Positions 9,000 to 19,702 of a stretch of DNA of 20,455 nt are shown piece after piece. The position numbers and the translations under genes are program-made. This DNA is from Octopus sinensis. Its lineage: Eukaryota. How positions within the stretch are numbered: the stretch's first letter is position 1; every line of letters starts with the position of its first letter. The notes beneath the pieces are model-generated. The model searched no databases, was not told the DNA's origin, and worked only from the letters and a program-made list of their open reading frames with translations. The stretch spans positions 1 to 20,455 of the forward strand of contig NW_021823968.1 in NCBI RefSeq assembly GCF_006345805.1. Reading direction: 5' to 3'.

Positions 9000-9149
9000 T
9001 AGAAAAAAACCCCACCATTTATCAATTCAAAATGAACAATTGTGTAAAATTTGATATAGTATTTCTAAAATGAATTTTTTTCCCTGTAAGTTTGGATTTA
9101 TATTCCCTCAAATAATAATAATTATTATATATATATATATATATATATA

Positions 9150-9500
9150 CGACAGGCCTGTTTCAGTTTCCGCCCACCAAATCCACCCACAAGGCTTTAG
9201 TCGTCTCGAGGTAACAGCAGAAGACTTTCACTCACGATGCCACGCAGTGGGACCCAACCCGGGAAAATGTAGTTGGGAAAAGAACTTCTTACCACACTAC
9301 CTCGCCTGAACTTCGGTCTCTTACTTGTTTCAGTCATTAAGCTGTGCCCATGCTGGGGCACCACCTTGAAGGGTCTCGTCGAGAAAATTGGCCCAGTAAC
9401 ATTTTGAAGCCTGGTATTTATTCCATCGATACTTTTTGCCGAACCGCTAATTTACAGGGGCGTTAGTAAACCAGAGCAGCTGTCAGGTGGTAGTGGAGGA
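9150..9500 (-). mobile_element. Two adjacent degenerate SINE family B pieces (head half 9150-9308, 3' module 9317-9500)
   Basis: TTTCAGTTTCCGCCCACCAAATCCACCCACAAGGCTTT...GCCACGCAGTGGGAC, then CTTACTTGTTTCAGTCATT...GCCGAACCGCTAA. Confidence 0.7.
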
Positions 9501-9597
9501 CGCACACGCGCGCACACACACACACACACACATGTATGTATGTATGTATGCATGCATGTGTGTGAGTGTGTGTGTGTGTGTGCGTGTGTGTGAGAGA

Positions 9598-9830
9598 GAG
9601 GACGCATGGCCTAATGGTCACGGTGTTACAGTCACGATCTCGAGATCGTGGGTTCAATTCCTAGACAGGGTAGTACGTTATGTTCTTGAGCAAAACTCCA
9701 ACGATCACTTCGACACCTGACGTGTGGCACATCATGCTCCTGTTCAAGCAATGTCGATTTGATGAAGGGACTGAGCTAATGTACAGCACATACATATAAA
9801 CAAATTACTATAAATCACTATAAACAAATT
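9598..9830 (+). mobile_element. tRNA-derived SINE, third family (C)
   Basis: A-box TGGCCTAATGG (9607-9617) and B-box GGTTCAATTCC (9651-9661), followed by a non-tRNA body. The 3' boundary is approximate. Confidence 0.6.
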
Positions 9831-10296
9831 ATTTCTGTGTGCCGTTCGACAGAAAAAGGTGAACACGCATTCGTCGTTTTTGACGGTTGAGTTCACCATA
9901 TAATATATAAAATACAGATGTGCATGTATTCGCTTCTCTCGTGAAAACGGCTTCACCAATTGCTTCCATACTTGTGATGCATGAATAATTTGACCTCGGA
10001 TACATGTTAGGCTCTTTATTTGATTTTTTTTATAAAAAATTTAAAAGATATTGCTTTTTATATTAGATTCACGTTTTTGAATAGTTTTAAAAAGATAAAT
10101 ATTTTCTTCTGGTTTTCTAGCGCCAGTGACATAACAGCTACATATTTGTATACAATGCACCGTTTAATATTTACATTTTAACCGCTTCTACTTAGTTTCA
10201 GTCACCTTTTTTTTTTACCCTGGTACATGAACGTCACAGCTTCTTATATATTTCTTTCTTGAAAATCTTACTCTTCACCTTGCTGATAGAAACATT

Positions 10297-10298
<2 letters not shown>

Positions 10299-10350
<52 letters not shown>

Positions 10351-10358
10351 TGTGTGTT

Positions 10359-10450
<92 letters not shown>
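10299..10450. repeat. (TG)n microsatellite, about 150 bp
   Basis: Direct observation. It is the source of the CV/HT repeat ORFs. Confidence 0.95.
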
Positions 10451-10451
<1 letters not shown>

Positions 10452-10683
10452 CGTATCGTAAATAAAGGAACATTTAATCTTTTGGGAACTGCCTTTTTTG
10501 TGTTTCTTCAAAGGATTTCTATTACTAAATCGAACGTAAAAGAAACAACTTAAGTGTCACACAATAATTTCTAGACCCGTATTAATTTCGTTTTTAGTAC
10601 AGTAAACGGCAAGTTACTGCTGGCTTATAAACACGGGACATATCGCACTCAGATACAAATCTATTTATCTCTCTCTCTCTCTC

Positions 10684-11575
10684 AAGGCGGCGAGCTGACA
10701 GAAACGCCGGGCGAGAAATGCTTACGTTCTGAGTTCAAATTCCACCGAGGTCGACTTTGCCTTTTATCCTTTCGGGGTCGATAAATTAAGTACTAGTTGC
10801 GCACTGGGGTCGATGTAATCGACTTGACCCATTTGTCTGTCCTTGTTTGTCCTCTCTATGTTTAGCCCCTTGTGGGTAGTAAAAAAATAGGTATTTCGTC
10901 TGCCGTTACGTTCTGAGTTCAAATTCCGCCGAGGTCGACTTTGCTTTTCATCCTTTCGGGGTCGATAAATTAAGTACCAGTTACGTACAGGGGTCAATAT
11001 AATCGACTTAATCCATTTGTCTCTCTTTGTTTGTCCTCTCTGTGTTTAGCCCCTTGTGGGTAGTAAAGAAATAGAAATAGGTATTTCGTCTGCCGCTACG
11101 TTCTGAGTTCAAATTCTGCCGATCGACTTTGCCCTTCATCCTTTCGGGGTTGATTAAATAAGTACCAGTTACGCATTGGGGTCGATATAATCGACTTAAT
11201 CCGTTTGTCTGTCCTTGTTTGTCCCCTCTGTGTTTAGCCCCTTGTGGGCAGTAAAGAAATAGGTATTTCGTCTGTCCAAGGCGGTGAGCTGGCAGAAACG
11301 TTAGCACACCGGGCGAAATGCTTAGCAGTATATAGTCTGCCGCTACGTTCTGAGTTCAAATTCTGCCGAGGTTGACTTTGCCTTTCATCCTTTCGGGGTC
11401 GATTAAATAAGTACCAGTTACGCACTGGAGTCGATATAATTGACTTAATCCGTTTGTCTGTCCTTGTTTGTCCTCTCTCTGTGTAGCCCCTTGTGGGCAG
11501 TAAAGAAATAGGTATTTCGCCTGTCGTTACATTCTGAGTTCAAATTCCGCCGAGGTCGACTTTGCCTTTCATCCC
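10684..11575 (+). mobile_element. Compound tandem array of SINE family A (two heads, about four full and two partial units)
   Basis: Heads at 10686 and 11280. Headless unit starts GGTATTTCG at 10890, 11080, 11262 (aborted) and 11511 (truncated at 11575). Confidence 0.85.
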
Positions 11576-12180
11576 CGAGAGGCTGTCCCCTTGGAATATG
11601 CCTTTGTGATACTGTATTCTATCAGTGATAATACAGTCATTCCTTGTGCTTAATTTCAAGACGGTGGTCTACGATGAAGTTAGATCAGCTATGGCTTTGA
11701 CTATGCTCACTGGAACTTTAGCAAGCGAAGGGCTTCTAGCATCCATGAGTGAGGAACAGAGTCAAAGACTTTTTTGTAGTCTAGCCACATTGAATCTAGG
11801 TTCCTCCTATGCTCTCGCACCTCTGACATCACAGTTTTGTTGATTAAAAATTGCTCGGCACATCCCCAGACTCCCTTCTTCTCAGCTGTTTGTTCTGCTG
11901 TGATGATGTTCCCGGTTTTACAAAGATCCTGGAGGAAGAGGTTTAAACATCTTATACATTCAATTCTGGCATGCAATTGGCCGCTAGTTTTTTGCCATGT
12001 GGGTGGTTCTGCTTTGGGGGATCAGTTTTGTCTCGGCTAGAGCTAACCAGTGTGGCATGCTACAATGATAGCTTGCTGGTACAGATTGATGAGATATGGA
12101 CAGTAGAATGTTAGCTTCTTGTACCAATATCCAACAATCAAGTCTTTTCCTGGAGTTTCTGGATCACAGTTGCAAGTGTT
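11576..12180 (-). mobile_element. Degenerate reverse-transcriptase fragment of an RLE-type (R4/Dong/NeSL-like) LINE
   Basis: The minus strand encodes PGKDLIVGYWYKKL (~12156-12113), a decayed NYRPIAC, GCAEQFLINK...RNLDSMWLDYKKVFDSVPHSW (ORF 11707-11976) and KGIFQGDSLS (11605-11576), with stops and frameshifts. Confidence 0.85.
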
Positions 12181-12911
12181 TCACCATTAATGCTGTGCCT
12201 TGGGTGTAACACAGCAAAAATAACAATATATATATATATATATATATATAAATACATGTATGAATGTGTGTGTGTGTTCATCATATATTATATCATATCA
12301 TCATATGTATGTATATGACTGAAATCTGCACATATATATATATATATGTGCGTGTGTGTTATAATAAGGATTTCTGAATGCTCCACCGGGGCAATCTCTA
12401 CTTAAGCGCTTGATCTGCTAAAAAAACCGAATCTCCATCAAGAGACGTTATATATGTTACGTGTGTGGAAAAAAAACAGGTGATTATGGATGAAGTGTTT
12501 TTGATCGTAGCTCAGCCAAACCAGGGAAGACCCGGAGTTAGAAGTTGATTATGTCAAATATGAGTGCGTGTATTTCCCTCTCTCTAGTTTTCTGTTTCTC
12601 TCACTCTTCCCCTCTTTCTCTCTCCCCGTGTATATAAATGTGTGTCTGTGTGCGCGTGTAAAAAGACTTTTAAAAATGCTTTTACACGCACACACACACG
12701 TACACTTTATGGTTGTCATTTCTTCATGCATCGCCACCTTTCCAAGTTACAGTGTTAGGGCTTTCGCAACTATTCATAGACCCGCTCCACCATATCGGCA
12801 CGATCTAAAGACAAGCCAAAGTAAGACGTTTAGTGTCAATAAAGATTGCATGATCAGAGGTGCAAGGACATTATGGCATCGAACAATGTAACAGCGTACA
12901 TAATTTAATAC

Positions 12912-12938
12912 ATACACACACATACATACATACATACA

Positions 12939-12968
<30 letters not shown>
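12912..12968. repeat. (CATA)n microsatellite
   Basis: Direct observation. Confidence 0.9.
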
Positions 12969-12970
<2 letters not shown>

Positions 12971-13001
12971 ACCACGTAGTATGTTTATAAACCGGATGTT
13001 T

Positions 13002-13579
13002 GTGATTTTCATCACTGTCTACAAAATATCTTTAAAACAATTTTTAATGTATCATATAGATATAATTTTTGTCGTGGAATTCGAATTTGTTATTCATTTA
13101 TTCTAGAAAAATTTTGCAAAAGGTACTCAAAGTTTCATAATTTTCAGACTTCAGCCAATCAGAAACAGCACGTTCGCTACCTCTTCCATCATCAGAGGGG
13201 AGGGGGAAGGCATCGACATGTCAAAACATTAAACTAGGATTTTATAAAATAAATTATCTTTCTCGTATCTCCTTCTCTCTTTGTGCGCATGCGCAGCATC
13301 TTTGGTTACTAAGGAAACAGTTCTTCGCAGTCAGCTATGCAATACATGGTGCTTCTTTGCTTTGGTTACTATGGAAATAGAAATTTTCACCACGGTGAAA
13401 ATACTCGCTTCCGATTGGCTAAATTACACAAATTTTGCAAATTTTAAAGGCTAATAACTTTTTAATTGTGGATTTATAGAAAAAAAGAATTTCATTTTCA
13501 TAATTAGTATACAAAACTTAATCCATATAACAAATTTGAAAACAATTGGAACAAAATTGCAAACAATGACGAAAACCAC
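13002..13579. mobile_element. Old MITE/foldback-like element with imperfect inverted arms
   Basis: GTGATTTTCATCACTGT (13002-13018) vs ACAATGACGAAAACCAC (13563-13579) are 14/17 inverted. CCAAT (13155) and ATTGG (13414) are mirrored, as are the ATTTTGCAAA blocks. No TSD identified. Confidence 0.5.
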
Positions 13580-13964
13580 AGGATTTCGAATCTGTTTTTA
13601 AATACAGACATTTCTGACGCGGCGCCCCACCCCACCTATTACAATGAGGATCTGGCAGCAATCGAGTTTAAGGACTAAATCACCTATATACCCCCACAAA
13701 AGAAAGCACCATCGTAAGGTCCTTTGGTTTGCCCAACCTATCTCAATCAATGCCAAAACCTGGGTGGAGGTTTCTCTCCTAGCTTAGTAGCTAAGCATTT
13801 CACAGTCCTATAGGTATAGAAGATTATTCAATAGGCATAACTTACGGGTTTCGTTCAACAGTGCGCCTAGAGTGAAAAAAATATTAGTGAACACCTACAA
13901 ACCCTGCACAGAGGCAGGATTCTCATGTAGGGTATACAGTGTTCACTGGATGGTTGATGCATCA

Positions 13965-14368
13965 CTGAAGCTGTTATCTACGAAGCAGAGGTGGTGTCCA
14001 ACTGAAGCAGTAGTGACGAAAGAGCACACACACGTAAATATATTGGACCACATGTCCTCTTTTCAGAGAGGCGCAATGTTACAACATTAGTCATATATAT
14101 ATTCCTTTATTTTTTTCTATTCTTTTATTTGTTTCAATCATTTGACTGCGGCCATGCTGGAGCACCACCTTTAATAGAACATATCAACCCCAGGACTTAT
14201 TCTTTGTAAGCCTAGTGCTTATTCAATCGGCCTCTTTTGTCGAACCGCTGAGTTACAGGGACGTAAACACACCAGCATCAGTTGTCAAGTGATGGTGGGG
14301 GACGAATACAGACACACAAACACACATACACACGTACACGCACTCACATACACACATATACATACGAC
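13965..14368 (+). repeat. Copy 1 of a ~400-bp direct duplication (unique flank plus 3' half of an inverted SINE B)
   Basis: Colinear with 14943-15343, with about 14 substitutions and one indel counted by eye. Confidence 0.9.
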
Positions 14369-14942
14369 AGGTGGCGTAACTAAAGGAGGACGACACAGCC
14401 GGTAGCGAATTTTTTCCCCACGAGAGTTCCGGACCCCAGTAATGAACTCATTTGCATACAGCCAATCAGAGCTCACCTTGATCTTGTTGTCAAGTTAACA
14501 AAAGTTGGCATTCAAAATGGAAACCTCCGATTGCCATAAGAATCTTGTATCGTGCTCTCATTCAGATACCAATATCATCGATACAGAGCACATACGCATG
14601 TTAGCAGTAAGTTTAATTACCGAAAATCTCTAGCCAGTACGAAGACAATTGGTGTGCAACTAACTGCGGCATCCAACAGAAAGGTAGTTGGTGGTGGCAG
14701 AAATCGCATTGGTGGTGGCAGACAGTAGAAAGAGTGTTTGAAAAGTGTGAAAGGAAAGGTGCCGTTCAGCTCCCAGATTATGCCTAGACATAAAACCCAG
14801 CATAGCACTCGCGAATATGTTAAAAACAATCAATCTCTTGGTAAAACACACTCTACCAAGTAAGTTCAAGACGAAGAACTGTTGTAAGTCGACCGATCGC
14901 CAAATTATGGAGACAAGTAATTAGATATATTTGCATCTGTAC

Positions 14943-15343
14943 CTGAAGCTGTTATCTACGAAGCAGAGGTGGTGTCCAACTGAAGCAGTAGTGATGAAAG
15001 AGCACACACACGTAAATATGTTGGACCACATTTCCTCTTTTCAGAGAGGCGCAATGTTACAACATTAGTCATATATATTCCTTTATTTTTTTCTATTCTT
15101 TTATTTGTTTCAATCATTTGACTGCGGCCATGCTGGAGCATCACCTTTAGTAGAACATATCGACCCCAGGATTTATTTTTGTAAGCCTAGTACTTATTCA
15201 ATCGGCCTCTTTTGTCGAACCACTGAGTTACGGGGACGTAAACACACCAGCATCAGTTGTCAAGTGATGGTGGGGGACGAACACAGACACACAAACACAC
15301 ATACACATGCACACGCACTCACATACACACATATACATACGAC
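14943..15343 (+). repeat. Copy 2 of the ~400-bp direct duplication
   Basis: Starts CTGAAGCTGTTATCTACGAAGCAGAGG, as at 13965. Confidence 0.9.
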
Positions 15344-15503
15344 GGGCTTCTTTCAGTTTCCCTCCACCGAATCCACTCACAAGGCTTTGGTTGGCCCGAG
15401 GCTATAATAGCAAACACTTGTCCAAAGTGCCACGCAGTGGGACTGAACCTGGAAGCATGTGGTTAGTAAACAAGCTACGTACCACACCGCTACTCCTGCG
15501 CCT
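15095..15503 (-). mobile_element. Full-length SINE family B
   Basis: Minus-strand head AGGCGCAGGAGTAGCGGTGTGGTA...GGTTCAGTCCCACT, body, CA microsatellite and 3' module. Confidence 0.85.
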
Positions 15504-15836
15504 ATTTATATTTACATAAAAAATTTAGAATGTGTGTGTGTGTGTGTGCGTGCGTGTGACTGTCTGTGTGTCTGTGTACCTATATGTGTGCATCACTAAA
15601 ACCCAACCGATTTCATTCAAATTTTACACAAAGATCCTAAAAACCTAAGAGTCCATGCTGTGTCATGGGCCAAAACAAATTTTCAACTTCGTGCCTGATA
15701 CGAGCCGGGAGCAATCTCTTATCTCTTATCACTATTTCAATATTACGCGTGAAACGTGAAACAATAACATCTCTATTGTAATGTGAGATACTTTCAGTTT
15801 TAATACTGAAACTATTTATACTTTCACTATGTGTAA

Positions 15837-15842
<6 letters not shown>

Positions 15843-15871
<29 letters not shown>

Positions 15872-15985
15872 TGTATGTATGTATGTATGTATGTATGTAT
15901 GTATGTATGTATGTATGCATGTATGTATGTATATATATATATATATATTATATATATATATATATATAATATATATATATATATC
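15843..15985. repeat. (ATGT)n followed by (TA)n
   Basis: Direct observation. Confidence 0.95.
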
Positions 15986-17319
15986 AAAAGTAGGATAACA
16001 TATTTCGAAAAAAATTCTATCAATGGCCAGCATATTAAAAAATACCTTTAAAGGTTAAATTTATAAACAATTTATAAGTAAGGGCAAAAAAAAAAAATGT
16101 CAATGCCAAAGTATGCCGAAAATAGACAACGTCAATAACCATGTAATTTATCACTAACAAGCACGCATTTCGGAGAAAGCCGTTAGAAATTTCTAAAAAA
16201 TCCCGTTATTACCATATCGGACCGCTTTCATAGTTAGTTCATAAGAACCTTACCTTCATCAGTGATAGATTCGGTCAAGGAATAAGTGAACTACTTACTT
16301 ATACCCATGGAAGAAGCGAGCACCAAACCACGAGCACAATTGAGTGAGACAGATAGAAAGCGGTGAAGGGGAGAAAAAATAATTACAGAAGGATGGGGGA
16401 GAAAAACCATATAGGTTAGAGTCGCATCAAAAAGGTTATGATAAACTTACTTGGAAATATGGGTAGCGGGTGATGTGCTAGCAACCCTCTCCCCTAACTA
16501 CTTTACAAAGTAAATAACAACACAAAAAACTACGCAGAGGCAGCCATGGTTGAAACAAGAACAAGAACAAGCATTATTAAAAGAGAAAAGAAGCGTGGCC
16601 ATTCCTTATGCAAGTGACCTTATCTTATTGCACATCACTTATGCGCTCATAAATTAGTTTGATAGTTGAGCACTGATTGGCTGCATGCAAATGAATTCAT
16701 AACTGGGGTCCGGAACTCTCGTGGGAAAAAAATTTCGACAGTCGATAGCCGATGACCAATAGCAAATGGAGATAATGCGCACTGTTTATATCTGTATTGT
16801 TTCCCCCTCCATATTTTAAAGAGGCCATAAGGCCAACAGGTTTTAGGGTCTGAAGATACGCCATAAAGGTACCCTTTATGGCGAGAAACCCAGGGTAATC
16901 CTATAAACCGGTCTTCACCAATAATATATATATAATATATAATATATATATATATATATATATACACATATTATGCACTGAAATTGTTTCGAATTTGTTG
17001 CGAGACTATTTAAGACGTAAAGGATTACAACGAGGTGAGACGAATTTTTCATTTTAAGTATGGCAAGAGCTGCTGACGAGAATTAAGGCACTAATCAGAA
17101 TTCGAAATCATGAACCAGGTACATCGGTTACCTCATTCTACAGCTTTTTAGTTGAGATACTAAGTTGAATTTTGTTCGTTTGCCCGATTTCTGTTGGTCC
17201 GTTGCATATATTCAGTTTTCAGTGAGATTAGTGGATAAGGTGAGGCTTTTGACTCTCCTTTCTAGCCAGCTGGTGCTTCGTGTCCACTCTATTATAATGT
17301 GTGTGTGCGTGCATATATA

Positions 17320-17515
17320 TATAGGGAGAGTTTACGAAAAAAACAAAAGACGAAGACAGGTGGTGTACAAAACAAACAGATGTATTAGTATAACGCTCAG
17401 GAATAGAAAAAGTCTTTTACGTTTCGAGCCTACGCTCTTCTACAGAAAGGGACACAGAAAAAAACAAGGAGAGAAAAAAATGTGTGTAGTGGCTAACGAT
17501 CTGTCATGGCTACTA
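17320..17515 (-). mobile_element. Probable Penelope-like-element (PLE) derived repeat fragment
   Basis: Contains the hammerhead-like CTGTAGA...CGAAACGT motif typical of PLE pseudo-LTRs and is flanked by (TA)n. No PLE protein sequence is visible. Confidence 0.4.
17412..17453 (-). ncRNA. Minimal type I hammerhead-ribozyme-like motif (core variant)
   Basis: Minus strand: CUUU-CUGUAGA-A-GAGC-GUAG-GCUC-GAA-ACGU-A-AAAG. This gives stem I CUUU/AAAG, stem II GAGC/GCUC, a palindromic ACGU helix III and a GUA cleavage triplet. A6 is U and there is an extra A after A9. Confidence 0.5.

Positions 17516-17516
<1 letters not shown>

Positions 17517-17580
<64 letters not shown>
17517..17580. repeat. (TA)n microsatellite
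   Basis: Direct observation. Confidence 0.95.
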
Positions 17581-17581
<1 letters not shown>

Positions 17582-17902
17582 TCGTGTGTATGTTTGTGCA
17601 CACGTTACACACACACACACACATGCATATATCGGAGTGGGGAAAAAGAGATACATATAGATAGATACACATATAAATAGCAAAATTAACAGATAGGTAT
17701 ATTATTATACTTGTTTTTAAGGGTAATTATATAGCAAAATAAACATTTTGTGGAGGATCACTCAGAATATTAAGTTGATATTAAGATTTATTTTTTGCAA
17801 GGGAAAGAATGATAGTAACTTCCAAGTTACATTTTTGATTATGAATTCTCAAGATTTAGATAACTGGTCTTACGCTTAGGTTCTACTTGTTGGCGGAATA
17901 TA

Positions 17903-18517
17903 TATTTCTTTACTACCCACCAGGGGGTAAACACAGAGAGGACCAACAAAGACAGACAAAGGGATTAAGTCGATTACATCGACCCCAGTGCATAACTGGT
18001 ACTTAATTTATCGACCCCGAAAGGATGAAAGGCAAAGTCGACCTCGGTGGAATTTGAACTTGGAACATAACGACAGACGAAATACGACTACGCATTTCGC
18101 TCGGCGTACTAACGTTTCTTATTTCTTTATTGCCCACAAGGGGCTAAACATAGAGGGGACAAACAAGGACACACAAACGGATTAAGTCAATTACATCGAC
18201 TCCAGTGCGTGACCCCGAAAGGATGAAAGGCAAAGTCGACCTCGGCGGAATTTGAACTCAGAACGTAGCGGCAGACGAAATACCTATTTCTTTATTACTC
18301 ACAAGGAGCCAAACATAGAGGGGACAAACATGGACAGACATAGGTATTAAGTCGATTACATTGACCCTAGTGCAAAACTGGTACTTTATTTATCGACCCT
18401 GAAAGGATGAAAGGCAAAGTCGACCTCGACGGAATTTGAACTCAGAACGTAGCGGCAGACGAAATACCGCTAAGCATTTCGCCCGGCGTGCTAACGTTTC
18501 TGCCAGCTCGCCGCCTT
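17903..18517 (-). mobile_element. Trimeric array of SINE family A with intact head, flanked by a probable TSD
   Basis: Full head at 18517-18466 and unit junctions at ~18284 and ~18119. The flanks are GGCGGAATATA (17892-17902) and GGCGGAGTATA (18518-18528). Confidence 0.85.
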
Positions 18518-18801
18518 GGCGGAGTATAACGTGTGGCGGAATATAACGTGGCGGAATTTAACGTGTGCAATGTAGGCCTGTTTTATAATGAAATATTTTC
18601 TATGTAATTTTATTTAAAATTGGGTTAACTGGTATTGGAGTAAATGAAAGAAACAACGAAACATTTAGAAGAAAATATGAAGGAGAGGAATAAATCATTG
18701 TAAATAAATAGAAGCGAAAATACCTTGAATGGATAAGAATATAAAAAGATGATGACTGATAATGGAAAAAGGAAGAGGAGAAGATGATGATAATGATGAT
18801 G

Positions 18802-19091
18802 GGTACTACTTGAGAACAGTGGTCCCGGTGCGCGCACTCGCGTAGTCGTGCATCCGCGCTAGCTAGTCATGACTAGTCGATCTTTACTTTGTGTTTTTGT
18901 GTGTTATTTACTTTGTTTAAAAAATTATTTACTTTGTGTTCTTGTGTTTTATTTACTTTGTTTAACAAAAATTATTTTGTTTTATTTACTTTGATAGGTT
19001 GTCGTTGTAGGATCGACTACTCACGACTAGCTAGCACGGATGCGCGACTACGCGAGTGCGCGCACCGGGACCACTGTTCTCAAGTAGTACC
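18802..19091. mobile_element. MITE, 290 bp, with 81-bp terminal inverted repeats
   Basis: 18802-18882 and 19011-19091 are reverse complements with 4 mismatches. ATG flanks both ends (18799-18801, 19092-19094). The 128-bp spacer is AT-rich. Confidence 0.9.
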
Positions 19092-19203
19092 ATGAGGATG
19101 ATGATTTATGTGGGGTGGATAAAGTTTAGGTGGAGAACAGGATAGTTAGGAAATCGTGTAACTGAAAGAGGCCAGTCATATATATATGAATGTGTGTGTG
19201 TGT

Positions 19204-19205
19204 GC

Positions 19206-19295
<90 letters not shown>
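19204..19295. repeat. (GA)n microsatellite
   Basis: Direct observation. Confidence 0.95.
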
Positions 19296-19297
<2 letters not shown>

Positions 19298-19702
19298 TTA
19301 GAATGATTGAGTGCGTCTGTATGTAGCGGTGGGAGGTGCCATTATGAAGGGGTGTCGATGAAAACCCTCCACTGACACATACAATGAGACTACAGCTAAG
19401 CTGAGCTTGTTGTAGCCTAGGGATTGGTTAATTAATTCAATGCCTATTATCATGAAAACCGCCACTGCTGGGCACAGGGCATACCGGCAGTGGTTGTGTG
19501 CGGTGGAGAGAGATTGGATGTGTGTAGAAATTGTGAGTGAAAATAAAACATTTTCACGAACGTACCCCGTCCCTACACACACAATAAGTAGCATGTTTAT
19601 GTTCATATATTGTCATACTTGCTCTTTGAATAAAAATGTAAGAAGTAATCAACGTTCAATATTCATTCTTAGTTTAGTCTTTAATATGTATAAATATACA
19701 CG

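Noticed and set aside
17165-17680. 171-aa ORF
   Set aside because: It has a TTG start, crosses a repeat fragment and (TA)n, and shows no domain.
19462-19493. Hairpin CCACTGC...GCAGTGG
   Set aside because: A 7-bp stem with an 18-nt loop is expected by chance in 20 kb.
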